DNA of 42,230 nucleotides from Bdellovibrionota bacterium (GTDB lineage: Bacteria; Bdellovibrionota; UBA1018; UBA923), in assembly GCA_040754655.1 (NCBI GenBank), contig JBFMCE010000024.1, positions 1-42,230 of the forward strand. The letters run 5' to 3'. A program made the translations under genes and the position numbers. This document shows, one piece after another, positions 1 through 9,255 of this stretch. The notes under the pieces are model-generated. The model made no database searches, had not been told where the DNA came from, and worked only from the letters and a program-made list of their open reading frames with translations. Position 1 is the stretch's first letter; every line of letters starts with the position of its first letter.

Positions 1-288
1 ACCGCCTTTTTCTTGTCCGCCCTTATCTTGAGCGCCTTTTTGGTCACCGGTAGCGGCAACTGAGTTGGGGATCAAAGCGTTGATGAAAGAAGTCTTCTGA
101 GCTCCTTTTTCTTGTCCGCCTTTTTCCTGGCCACCCTTTTCTTGTCCGCCTTTTTCTTGGCCACCTTTTTCTTGAGCACCCTTATCTTGAGCGCCTTTTT
201 GGCTACCGTTGTTAGCGTTAGCTACAGGTACCAAACTAACTGCAGAAACAAGCGCCAAGCCTAAGAAGATACGAGAATATTTTTTCAT
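1..288 (-). CDS. Secreted low-complexity pentapeptide-repeat protein (KG[GA]Q[ED])n; 3' end lies outside the window
   Basis: Not in the ORF track because no stop is in the window. Manual translation from ATG at 288: MKKYSRIFLGLALVSAVSLVPVANA-NNGSQKGAQDKGAQEKGGQEKGGQEKGGQEKGGQEKGAQKTSFINALIPNSVAATGDQKGAQDKGGQEKGG... GAGGAG RBS upstream; Sec signal peptide ending A-N-A; 15-bp repeats vary mainly at synonymous positions. Confidence 0.9.
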   Translation of the reverse strand, partial: MKKYSRIFLGLALVSAVSLVPVANANNGSQKGAQDKGAQEKGGQEKGGQEKGGQEKGGQEKGAQKTSFINALIPNSVAATGDQKGAQDKGGQEKGG

Positions 289-362
289 GATTTAGCTCCT
301 CTTTTTTTCATCACGTGTGTCAGACACTCGAGTGTTGGCTTGAGTGTTGTCGGCGTGGACTG

Positions 363-378
363 TGCAACGGCCGTACCA
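363..378 (-). promoter_or_regulatory. σ54 (-24/-12) promoter for the repeat-protein gene
   Basis: Minus strand reads TGGTAC-GGCCG-TTGCA, matching TGGCAC-N5-TTGCW with exact GG-N10-GC spacing, ~75 bp upstream of the ATG. Confidence 0.75.
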
Positions 379-441
379 GCGACAAGACGTGCTTGCGTCG
401 AGCTGCGAAGGACTTGGTTAACGCGGTTGTTCAATGGGCTT

Positions 442-460
442 TGCAATGAAAAACATTGCA
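442..460. promoter_or_regulatory. Palindrome TGCAATG-N5-CATTGCA; candidate upstream activator site for a σ54 enhancer-binding protein
   Basis: Perfect 7-bp inverted repeat ~90-110 bp upstream of the predicted σ54 start. No U-tract follows, so it is unlikely to be a terminator. Confidence 0.5.
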
Positions 461-464
461 CCGT

Positions 465-1613
465 TCAACGTGAGTTGTTGAGAGTATCAATTCGCCGTTG
501 AATCGAAGGATGAGTGTAGAAAAGAAATTCTTCCCAACCGGGGGGATTGAAAACTGCAAGGTTTTGATGGCCGAGTTTCGCGAAAGCGCGGGCTCCTGCC
601 GAGGGATCTCGAGTGGCTTGCGCCGCGAAGCGATCCGCGCGAGTCTCTATTGAGCGAGAGAAAATTTTTGAAATCGGGCTTAAGATTTTTCCAACAATGG
701 TTGAGGTTATGGCTATCCAGAAAAAAATCACCGGGTCGAAAGATTCAGGCTGCGGAGGAAAACCGAATTGAAATACAAGCCTCAACTTCAGCATGGCAAA
801 GTGCGTGACGGCAAGAGTGACCAATGTGATCACGCTGCCTAGGGCGATTCCTGACCAGAGGTCATGGTAGCGATGATGTGCGAGTTCATGTGCCAGGACA
901 AACTCAATTTCATCGGCTGAGAACTCAGAAAGGAGAGTGTCACCGACAACTGCCTTTCGAGTCGCGCCGAATCCGATGACGGCGGCATTCGCAGCCTTTG
1001 TTCTCTTGCTCAAATCGATCTCAAAAATTCCCAAGACCGGAGTGTTGGTGCGTTGCGCAAGGTCCTTGAACCGTTGATTGAGCTCGTGCGAGTCAATGGG
1101 CTTAAGCTTGAAGAAGAGCGGAAGAATCACTTGGGGGGTTAGCCGCGTAAGGAGGATACCGAATAGGGTTGCGCCTGAGGCGGCTACGAGCCACCACAGC
1201 GCTTGGCCCCAGAGCAATGAAGCCATGAGCCCTAGAAGAACGAATGAGCCCAAGACAATTCCTAGTAGTGACGCTTTGACCTGGTCAGCAAGCCAACTAG
1301 AAATGGCTTGGGTTGAAAGTCCAAAATGTTTTTCAATGATATAACCTCTTATAAAACTAAACGGAAAACTTATCCCGCCATAAACGATGGCGAGTGCGCC
1401 GCAATAGAAGAACGCTCTCAACCAAATTGAGGAAATGTTCTCGGTAAGTTGAGCGGACCAGCGGCTTGCCAGATCCAGCGCCAAGATTGAAGTCAATAGC
1501 AAGGCGCAGGCTCCTTCGGCAGCAGAAACGATTCGCCTGCTGCGTTTCAGGCGCTTTGCCCATGGGTGTTCGCTCGCCGGCGTCGATGAAGGATTTTGAG
1601 TTGAGGCGCCCAT
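465..1613 (-). CDS. M48 family (Ste24/HtpX-like) membrane zinc metallopeptidase
   Basis: Multiple TM segments; 'SKRTKAANAAVIG', HELAH (HExxH), 'ETRADRFA' and C-terminal 'THPSIQRRI' motifs. Confidence 0.92.
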   Translation of the reverse strand: MGASTQNPSSTPASEHPWAKRLKRSRRIVSAAEGACALLLTSILALDLASRWSAQLTENISSIWLRAFFYCGALAIVYGGISFPFSFIRGYIIEKHFGLSTQAISSWLADQVKASLLGIVLGSFVLLGLMASLLWGQALWWLVAASGATLFGILLTRLTPQVILPLFFKLKPIDSHELNQRFKDLAQRTNTPVLGIFEIDLSKRTKAANAAVIGFGATRKAVVGDTLLSEFSADEIEFVLAHELAHHRYHDLWSGIALGSVITLVTLAVTHFAMLKLRLVFQFGFPPQPESFDPVIFFWIAITSTIVGKILSPISKIFSRSIETRADRFAAQATRDPSAGARAFAKLGHQNLAVFNPPGWEEFLFYTHPSIQRRIDTLNNSR

Positions 1614-1728
1614 TTCCTAAAATTATCATGGCTTCTCTTCTAGAACAAAGCTGCAGCGTGGCGGTTTTGGCAGCGTGTTTTTTAATGAGACCAACCTAGG
1701 AGTCTGCGTTATATTTAAGATATTTCTT

Positions 1729-2652
1729 ATGATGGAATATCGATTGAGACCATTGCTTCTATTTCTCATTTCCTTGACGTTTTCGCTTGGCGCCGTCGGT
1801 GCGGAGAATGTGACGTCCACCGTGCCTAAGCCCTCTTCAGCTCGGCCAGCGGATGCGCGGCCCAGTTCGACGCCTTTTCCACGAGATCCCAAAGCCGCGC
1901 TTGAATTGTGGTGTCGTCATTTAAGCAAAGAACTTCGTTCAGTGAACTATGACCGTTGCTTCAGCCGAGGTTGGAAGATTGAAGCGAGCTCACCCGGAGG
2001 ACGGCCGATCCCATCGGTTTCTTGGAATGGGGCTGAAGCCAAGGAGGAAGGGCACCGCGTATTGATTCTGGGGGCTATTCACGGCGATGAGATCTCTGCG
2101 GTGTCAATGGTGTTTCGGTGGCTGGATTTCTTGGATCGAACTAAACAAGATTCATTTCTACGTCAGAAGAGATTTTTGTTTTTCCCTCTTGTGAATCCCG
2201 ATGGTTTCTTTATTCGACCGAGAACGCGAACAAACATGGGAGGCGTTGACGTCAATCGGAACTTCGCCACTAAAAAATGGGATGACCTGGCCTTGCTGTA
2301 TTGGAAAACAAAGACTGGAAACGACCCAAGGCGTTATCCAGGAGAAAAAGCCGCAAGCGAGATTGAGACGCAGGTCGTGCAGAAGGCGATCGATGGTTTC
2401 AAACCAGATCTCATTATCTCGGTGCATGCGCCATATAAATTGGTCGATCACGACGGGCCGATTCAATTTCCGAACATGCTGAGCCCGTTGCCTGTAAGAA
2501 CATTGGGCGCTTTTCCTGGATCTTTGGGAACCTACGCCGGAATTGAACGGAATATACCAGTCGTGACGCCCGAACTTCCTAGCGCAACGACGCTGCCTGA
2601 CATCAAGGCCGTCGAACAACTTTTCCTATTTATAATGCGCTCTCAATATTGA
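1729..2652 (+). CDS. Secreted M14 zinc carboxypeptidase, MpaA-like murein peptide amidase
   Basis: GAIHGDE, VNPDG, DVNRNF and SVHAP motifs. Signal peptide from the more likely start at 1729 (track start 1675). Confidence 0.85.
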   Translation: MMEYRLRPLLLFLISLTFSLGAVGAENVTSTVPKPSSARPADARPSSTPFPRDPKAALELWCRHLSKELRSVNYDRCFSRGWKIEASSPGGRPIPSVSWNGAEAKEEGHRVLILGAIHGDEISAVSMVFRWLDFLDRTKQDSFLRQKRFLFFPLVNPDGFFIRPRTRTNMGGVDVNRNFATKKWDDLALLYWKTKTGNDPRRYPGEKAASEIETQVVQKAIDGFKPDLIISVHAPYKLVDHDGPIQFPNMLSPLPVRTLGAFPGSLGTYAGIERNIPVVTPELPSATTLPDIKAVEQLFLFIMRSQY

Positions 2653-2654
2653 AA

Positions 2655-3374
2655 TCAGTGGAAGCCTACGTTGTTGGCTTCATCCCGCTCTAAGAAGAAG
2701 ATCCGATTGCAGACATCGACTTTCTTGTATTCGGATGGGTCGTAAAGCTTTTGATTTGTGATGTCGCCGACCCACTTGTCGGGTTTTCGGTTCATGACTC
2801 TGAGACGAAATTCAAATGGCATCTCCTTCAACGGCTTCCGAGGGTCAAACACGCCTTTACCGTTCTCGCGGGCTTCATGGCAGGCTTCAAGATACTGCGC
2901 TACGCGTTCGCGTTTGAAGAATCCCTTATCGCAAGCCGTGCCTGAGCAAATGAGGTAAGGAACAGCCCATCCCGCTTTTAAGAGCTGCAGGTTCACGTCA
3001 TGTTTTTCAAAAAAAACCCGGCCAAGAACTCGACCATATTTATCTAATCCTTGGCTCAGTAAGATTACATCCGCCCCTGGAGGAGTGAGTTTATAAAGAT
3101 ATTTCGCGGCAGTTTTGCCCCAATAGCCCTGACCCATGACTCCTTTTCGGGTCACGACATGAAGTTCCGGAGTGTCAACGCCCACCATGCGGATGCGCAG
3201 ATTCGGGGCCTTGGGGCGTGCATCCGCAGTGCGGAAATGAAGCGTGTCTCCGTCGACAACCTTTACGACCGTTCCTTCGAGTTTACGTTCCGACGCAAAG
3301 GCCTTAGCGATCGCAAGCATTCCACTCGCTACACAAGCAAATACAACAAGTACACGCAGCCAGTTCCTGTACAT
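2655..3374 (-). CDS. Secreted thermonuclease (SNase family)
   Basis: VVDGDT, IRMVGVDTPE, DKYGRVLG and 'VNLQLLKAGWA' motifs; signal peptide. Confidence 0.92.
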   Translation of the reverse strand: MYRNWLRVLVVFACVASGMLAIAKAFASERKLEGTVVKVVDGDTLHFRTADARPKAPNLRIRMVGVDTPELHVVTRKGVMGQGYWGKTAAKYLYKLTPPGADVILLSQGLDKYGRVLGRVFFEKHDVNLQLLKAGWAVPYLICSGTACDKGFFKRERVAQYLEACHEARENGKGVFDPRKPLKEMPFEFRLRVMNRKPDKWVGDITNQKLYDPSEYKKVDVCNRIFFLERDEANNVGFH

Positions 3375-3490
3375 GATTCCCCCAAAGAATGAGTTTTCTT
3401 ACCCCGCACAAGAGTCTTATCTAGAAAGAGCCGTCTGTCTATTGCACATCAAAAAAAATTGTGTGAGCGTGGTCTGAAACGAAAGTCTCA

Positions 3491-4894
3491 ATGAAAAACA
3501 TGATCTTGTCTATTCGACACCGTGCGCTGACTGGATTGTTGCTTCTTATGCTTTGCTTGTTCCTGTTCGGGGAATTGGCATTTGGGCTTGCTTCAAGATC
3601 CTCGGCTCCAGTTCAATTTCCGGCGAATTTTCGTTGGGGCGCAGCCACTTCTGCCCATCAAGTTGAAGGGGGAAATGACAAAAATGACTGGTACCAATGG
3701 GAAAAGGAGGGGCGCACTAAGCAGGTCTCCGGAAAAGCCGCGGATCATTATTCGAGGTTTGAAGAAGATTTGGATCTCGCGCGCAGCATTAATCACGATT
3801 CGTTCCGACTCTCGATAGAATGGTCACGTATCGAGCCCGAGCAAGGCAAGTTTTCTTTCTCTGAGATCGAACATTATAGAAAGGTATTGGTAGCGGCTCG
3901 TGAGCGGGGCCTAAAGACCTTCGTGACCCTTCACCACTTCACCAATCCGCTTTGGGTAGCACGCGCCGGGGGCTGGGAGAATCCTCGGATTCGAATTTGG
4001 TTCGGAAATTTCGTCGACCATGTCGTGCCTCGTCTGGGCGATTACGTTGACTATTGGATCACGATCAACGAACCGAATGTAAATGCGCTTACGAGCTATG
4101 TCGTTGGAGTGACGCCCCCAGGGATCAAAGATCCTCGAAAACTTGCCGGGGTGCTTTCAAATTTTCTTAAAGCACACGCCGTCGCGTACCGTAGGATTCA
4201 TTTCTATTTCCCAAAAGCGAAGGTTGGTTTCGCGCATCATGTAAGGGCGTTCACCGCTTCTCGATGGTGGCATCCGGTAGATCATCTCATCCGAGGATGG
4301 ATCGCTGATTTCTGGAACCACCAGTTTGTGCGCGCACTTCAAACGGGAAGCATTGAGTTTTCAATACCATTTCTAGTGGATTACAAAGAAGAGTGGTCGC
4401 GCCTCAAGGGCACGCTCGACTTCATAGGGGTCAATTATTACACCAGGGATTTCATCGAATTTGATTTGAGCGCCCCGCAGAAGTTTCTTCTCCGCCCGGC
4501 GAAAACGAGAGAAGTTTCGGATTTGGGATGGGAAATCTATCCCCAAGGCCTCTACGAGTTGCTCTTAGAATTCGGCGGCTACGGGCGCCCGTTGTTCATC
4601 ACTGAGAACGGGATAGCGGATGCCAGGGACTCTGTTCGCGCTCGTTTTCTTTGTTCTCATCTGAGAGAGGTGGCCAAGGCGATTCAAGACGGAATCGACG
4701 TGCGAGGTTACTTGCATTGGTCGTTGATCGACAACTTCGAATGGATCGAGGGGTTCGCGCCAAGGTTTGGGTTCATCCACGTTGATTATCCGACTCAAAA
4801 AAGAACCATCCGTGAAAGCGGGCATCTCTTTGCTGAAATCATCCGTTCCAATTCGCTGAAGGCATGCCAAAACGTGCTTGCCGGCGGTCAATAG
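3491..4894 (+). CDS. Glycoside hydrolase family 1 (β-glucosidase-like) with N-terminal hydrophobic/signal segment
   Basis: FRWGAATSAHQVEG, RLSIEWSRIEP, catalytic TINEP and ITENG, WSLIDNFEW. Confidence 0.95.
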   Translation: MKNMILSIRHRALTGLLLLMLCLFLFGELAFGLASRSSAPVQFPANFRWGAATSAHQVEGGNDKNDWYQWEKEGRTKQVSGKAADHYSRFEEDLDLARSINHDSFRLSIEWSRIEPEQGKFSFSEIEHYRKVLVAARERGLKTFVTLHHFTNPLWVARAGGWENPRIRIWFGNFVDHVVPRLGDYVDYWITINEPNVNALTSYVVGVTPPGIKDPRKLAGVLSNFLKAHAVAYRRIHFYFPKAKVGFAHHVRAFTASRWWHPVDHLIRGWIADFWNHQFVRALQTGSIEFSIPFLVDYKEEWSRLKGTLDFIGVNYYTRDFIEFDLSAPQKFLLRPAKTREVSDLGWEIYPQGLYELLLEFGGYGRPLFITENGIADARDSVRARFLCSHLREVAKAIQDGIDVRGYLHWSLIDNFEWIEGFAPRFGFIHVDYPTQKRTIRESGHLFAEIIRSNSLKACQNVLAGGQ

Positions 4895-7314
4895 AGAACT
4901 TCGCGAGGTCTCGCGCCATCGGCGGGGCCCACGATGCCTTGCGCTTCCATGGCTTCTACCATGCGAGCGGCGCGGTTGTAGCCCACCTTCAATCTTCGTT
5001 GCAGCATGCTGGCAGAGGCCTGTCCCATCTCGCGCACGATGGTGACTGCTTGACCATAGAGCTCGTCACCAGCCCCGTCGGAATCATCGGCCGAGCTTTC
5101 TTCCGGCTCGAGTAAGATCTCTTCGCGATAAACAGGTTTGGCTTGATCCCTCCAATGTTTGCAGAGTTTCCCGATCTCATCTTCGTTTACGAACGCCCCA
5201 TGGATGCGGGTAAGGCGTGAGAGTCCGGGAGGGATGAACAACATGTCCCCCTGTCCCAGAAGCTTTTCTGATCCGATGCTATCCAAAATAGTGCGGCTAT
5301 CGACTTTCGAAGCGACCTGAAACGAGATGCGGCTGGGAAGGTTGGCCTTGATCAATCCGGTGATCACGTCGACTGACGGGCGCTGGGTGGCGATGACCAA
5401 GTGAATTCCGGCGGCCCGGGCTTTTTGAGCGAGCCGCGCCACGCTTGTTTCGATGTCTTTGGGCGCCACCATCATAAGATCGGCGAATTCATCGATGATC
5501 ACTAAAATGAACGGCATCCTGTCTACGCGGGGTTGGCCTTTCTCGTCATGGTCAAGCAGGTGAGACAGCGAGTTTGGATCGGGCATGCCGTTGGAATCTT
5601 GCGGGCACAGCACTTCACGCAACTTGGTTTCCCCATCGCGATCAAGCTTCTCGTTGAATCCGGTGATGTTTCTCACTCCGGTTTTCGCCATGATTTTATA
5701 TCGGCGCTCCATTTCGTTGGTGGCCCACTTCAAAGCGGTGGAAGCCTTTTTGGGATCGTCCACCACTGGCAGCAGAAGGTGAGGGATGTCTTCGTAAAGA
5801 TTCAACTCAAGCTGTTTGGGATCAACCATGATCAAACGCATGTCGTTTGGAGTGAACTTGTAAAGCAGCGAACAGATCAGCGAGTTGATGAACACCGATT
5901 TGCCTGCTCCCGGGGCGCCAGCGATCAGAAGATGAGGCATGCGCGCGAGATCAGCGACGACCGGGGCTCCCGAGATGTCCTTTCCGATCGCAAGCGGGAT
6001 GCCTTGGTTCGAGCCTTGGAATTCTTCAGTGCTGAGGATTTCCCTCAAAAAAACTTTTTCGCGCTCGTCGTTCGGGATCTCGATTCCGACAACGCTTTTT
6101 CCGGGTATCGGAGCGACTATTCGCACGCTCTGCGCGGAAAGGGCCAGAGACAAGTCATCAGCCAAGGCTGCGATTTGAGAGATTTTCACGCCGGGGCCCG
6201 GTTTGAATTCGTACATTGTAATTACCGGGCCAGGCCGTACCGCGACAACTGAACCGTCGATCCCGAAGTCGGTCAGTTTCGTTTCAAGGATCTTCGAGTT
6301 CTCGATGAGTTTATTGCGGTCAAGTTCGTTGCGAGTTGCGGCCGCTTCATTGAGAAAATCAAGCGAAGGGAGGCTGAACGTGCCCGGCCGGGCATTCGCA
6401 TGCGGTTCAGAAGTTTTCACGGGTTTCTTCGGAGCCTTCTTAACGACCGCCGGAGTTACAACTTCAAAGGGGGCCCGCGTCTCGGAGTCGTCAAGCAGGG
6501 ATAACCCTGTTCGGGCCAATTCGGTGGAAGGCAGCGTCGTTTGTTTTTCGGGTTCCTCCGTTTTGATTTCACGACGCGTCTTTGCGGCGATCACAGGTTC
6601 AGGAATTTGAGGTTTGAGTTTTTTCTCAATCAAGAGCTCCGTTTTTCTTTTTTCATAGAGAGAGTAGCCGTACTGTCTTGATGCCGAAATGAGGCGAGAT
6701 AAGATGCGACTTGCCGCAACGAAGCCCGCGAGGCCAACGGAAGTAAGGGTTTTTAATAAGTTTGCGGCAGAAACCGGAGTGGCAAATACAAGGGCGATGA
6801 GAGTCAAGCAGAGGGTTGAAAGCACTGCGCCCCAGAGATTGAGGTGGTGCAAGAGTGTTTTTGCGATCCAGCTTCCAAGCAAGCCCCCGCTCGAAACACG
6901 CGCTCCACCATAGTTAATCGATCCTAGTACGAGTGCAAATAGCGTGGCGCATGTAGCGATGGCGATAAGATGCCAAAAAAGATTCGTGAAATGCAGTCTC
7001 TTTGAAGCCTTCTGGAAAAAACGCAGAGCCGCAGCGACACAGAGCGCGGTTGTCAGAAAAGCAGAAAGCCCTAAGAGTTGAATAAGACCTTCGGCGATGT
7101 TCGCTCCGATGCGGCCGCCATAGTTCAAGGGAAGTCGTTTGCTCTGGGTAAAGTAGGATGGGTCTAAGTGATTATAAGTGAGCAGAGCGATCAAAACATA
7201 AAATCCAAAGAATAGAGTGAGTACTCCCCAAACCTCGTGCCACCGAGGCTGTGAGTTGCGTGCGACCGATGATTTTGAGCTGCGTCCAGTGGTGCGAGAT
7301 TTTGAGGTTTTCAT
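4888..7314 (-). CDS. ftsK: DNA translocase FtsK
   Basis: N-terminal 4TM domain, Walker A GAPGAGKS, IIDEFADLMM, ATQRPSVDVITG, γ-domain 'SASMLQRRLKVGYNRAAR'. Confidence 0.97.
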   Translation of the reverse strand: MKTSKSRTTGRSSKSSVARNSQPRWHEVWGVLTLFFGFYVLIALLTYNHLDPSYFTQSKRLPLNYGGRIGANIAEGLIQLLGLSAFLTTALCVAAALRFFQKASKRLHFTNLFWHLIAIATCATLFALVLGSINYGGARVSSGGLLGSWIAKTLLHHLNLWGAVLSTLCLTLIALVFATPVSAANLLKTLTSVGLAGFVAASRILSRLISASRQYGYSLYEKRKTELLIEKKLKPQIPEPVIAAKTRREIKTEEPEKQTTLPSTELARTGLSLLDDSETRAPFEVVTPAVVKKAPKKPVKTSEPHANARPGTFSLPSLDFLNEAAATRNELDRNKLIENSKILETKLTDFGIDGSVVAVRPGPVITMYEFKPGPGVKISQIAALADDLSLALSAQSVRIVAPIPGKSVVGIEIPNDEREKVFLREILSTEEFQGSNQGIPLAIGKDISGAPVVADLARMPHLLIAGAPGAGKSVFINSLICSLLYKFTPNDMRLIMVDPKQLELNLYEDIPHLLLPVVDDPKKASTALKWATNEMERRYKIMAKTGVRNITGFNEKLDRDGETKLREVLCPQDSNGMPDPNSLSHLLDHDEKGQPRVDRMPFILVIIDEFADLMMVAPKDIETSVARLAQKARAAGIHLVIATQRPSVDVITGLIKANLPSRISFQVASKVDSRTILDSIGSEKLLGQGDMLFIPPGLSRLTRIHGAFVNEDEIGKLCKHWRDQAKPVYREEILLEPEESSADDSDGAGDELYGQAVTIVREMGQASASMLQRRLKVGYNRAARMVEAMEAQGIVGPADGARPREVLY

Positions 7315-7838
7315 TAAATTCTATTTTAAGGCAGACACACAAAAAAAGCCTATTTGACACCGGTTGATTCTACGCAATTTCTGCCCAATGTTTTGAGTTT
7401 TCACTAAGAAGATGGGCTAAAAAAGGCCGGGAATTAGTGGATCAATTTATTTTTTTAATATCGATAGTGTTTGAAGACTGGCTTCTGTAGCCATTTTTAA
7501 GATTTTAAATAAATATGTTTTTACGAGATCGGCCTTGGTGGCTTATTTGCGGAAGCAAAACCTTGTAAACCGGCTTCTGTGGCCGATTTTTAGAGTGTTA
7601 CGTTAGTGTTGCCTAATGCTTATAATGCGATTACTAGTACACACTGAATAAGGCAAACTCATAGTGCGGTGCGAGGTTCGCTAGGCAAAATAGGGAATAA
7701 TACTTGACTCCCGTTTTGTTCGCGGTGAATCTAGATAGTGAAAGTACACTATAAGCCATACAAACTTGGTTAGATTTCTGCCTTTTTGCGGTCTTTTAAT
7801 GTGTCTACTTGAGCTTGTGCTTTAAAAAAGGAGGAAGC

Positions 7839-9131
7839 ATGAAAGGGAAATTAATAACAACTGCAGTGCTTGCAGCCTGGCTAGCGTCAGGAAATGCCCA
7901 GGCAAGCATTGCCCGGCAAGCCGTGTTGGGAAACCACCCGTTATTTGCGACGACTACAACTGGATCGGGTGTAGTGACCAACGCCGTCAATGGCTCGCTT
8001 TGGTATGATGACGACTATAACGTATTTTATAACCCATCCTATGTGAATGATAACAAGAACTACGCCACGGTTCAAAAAGGACTCGAGGGCGGTTGGTTCC
8101 AAAGCATGTTCGACAACTTTGCATACGGTATTTACATGAACCGCGGTGGCGGCGCTCCTGGCGCAGCTTATGGCGGTGGTCTTGTTTCACCGGGTTTGAA
8201 TTCAAATGCATCGTTTTTAGGACTCTCAACTCAGCTTGATACTCAGCGCCCTATCGATTTTTTCATCGGTGGAGACACTGGAATCAAGTGGGGGTTGCAC
8301 GTAGCTTGGGCATACAATCGTGATCAAGCAGCTGCTACTGCTCCGAACAACAGCGATGGTGAAATCAGCAATCGTTATTGGCACTTTGACCTTGGTGCTC
8401 AGTTCATGGGTTTTGAGCCTTTCGTAGGGGTGACCATGTTCTCGAAGTATCAGAACACCTTGACTGGTCAAACTGGCGATCAAAACTTGGACGAGTTCAA
8501 TGTTGGTCTTCGTTACAAGTATGAGGGCTGGGTTCCTTATGGCTTGTTCAAGAAGTATCGTGAAAGCGGCCGCCCAAACAATGCTCAGCAAGTTCAAACT
8601 CGCATGAACATTTGGGGTGTTGGTCTCAGTCACGACACTAAAGTTGCTGATGGCGTTCATATCATCAAGAACCTCAGCTTCTACATGAACAATGTTGAAG
8701 ATGATGCTGGTGCTACCGTCGCTGCTGCAGGCACGGCTGCCGCAGGTTTGGGTGCTACTGGCTCAAACAGCGAGCAGAACAGAGACTATTCAGAAAAGAT
8801 TTTGCCAATCAACATGGCAATCGAAGCTGATGCGACAAGCTGGCTTACTCTTCGCGCAGGTGCAAGTTACGACCTGATCAACGAGAGAAATCTTGCTCGT
8901 AGCAATGCTCAGGCAGCTCAAAGCGCAAACGATCGTAAGGTCAGCCTTGCTGGAAGAACCACGTTCCGTATCGGTTCAACCTTCAAGTTTGGCAAGCTTG
9001 CGTTGGATTCTGCATTTGGTGTTGGCAACACCGCTGTTGCTCCAGGTGCTGATACAACCAACCTCGATACCAATAGCTTTGGTTTCGATCGTCAGACCTT
9101 TGCTCTTGTGAGCGCAAGCTACCGCTGGTAA
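7839..9131 (+). CDS. Abundant outer-membrane β-barrel protein (Bdellovibrio major-OMP/PopA-like)
   Basis: AGGAGG RBS before ATG 7839; signal peptide (AQA); alternating β-strands; C-terminal aromatic (..SASYRW); own terminator. The N-terminal 'ASIAR..LG...D..NVFYNP..VN' pattern recalls the Bdellovibrio major OMP (from memory). Confidence 0.75.
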   Translation: MKGKLITTAVLAAWLASGNAQASIARQAVLGNHPLFATTTTGSGVVTNAVNGSLWYDDDYNVFYNPSYVNDNKNYATVQKGLEGGWFQSMFDNFAYGIYMNRGGGAPGAAYGGGLVSPGLNSNASFLGLSTQLDTQRPIDFFIGGDTGIKWGLHVAWAYNRDQAAATAPNNSDGEISNRYWHFDLGAQFMGFEPFVGVTMFSKYQNTLTGQTGDQNLDEFNVGLRYKYEGWVPYGLFKKYRESGRPNNAQQVQTRMNIWGVGLSHDTKVADGVHIIKNLSFYMNNVEDDAGATVAAAGTAAAGLGATGSNSEQNRDYSEKILPINMAIEADATSWLTLRAGASYDLINERNLARSNAQAAQSANDRKVSLAGRTTFRIGSTFKFGKLALDSAFGVGNTAVAPGADTTNLDTNSFGFDRQTFALVSASYRW

Positions 9132-9160
9132 TTGCATCTTAGAATTTGCGCTCTAAGTCG

Positions 9161-9198
9161 ACAGGGGCTTTCTCGAAAGAGAAGGCCCCTGTTTTTTT
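9161..9198 (+). terminator. Rho-independent terminator of the OMP gene
   Basis: ACAGGGGCTTTCTC-GAAA-GAGAAGGCCCCTGT followed by a T-run. Confidence 0.92.
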
Positions 9199-9255
9199 AT
9201 GGTTTCTGCATAACCCCGTGAGTGTGCGATCCGTCTTATAGAGGCTGACTTGCTT

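Noticed and set aside
1..200. 15-bp tandem repeats as a CRISPR array or non-coding VNTR
   Set aside because: No spacers; variation is mostly synonymous and the repeats are in frame within a signal-peptide-bearing ORF.
5533..6610. Long + strand ORFs (239 aa, 135 aa)
   Set aside because: Antisense shadows of ftsK with no recognisable motifs.
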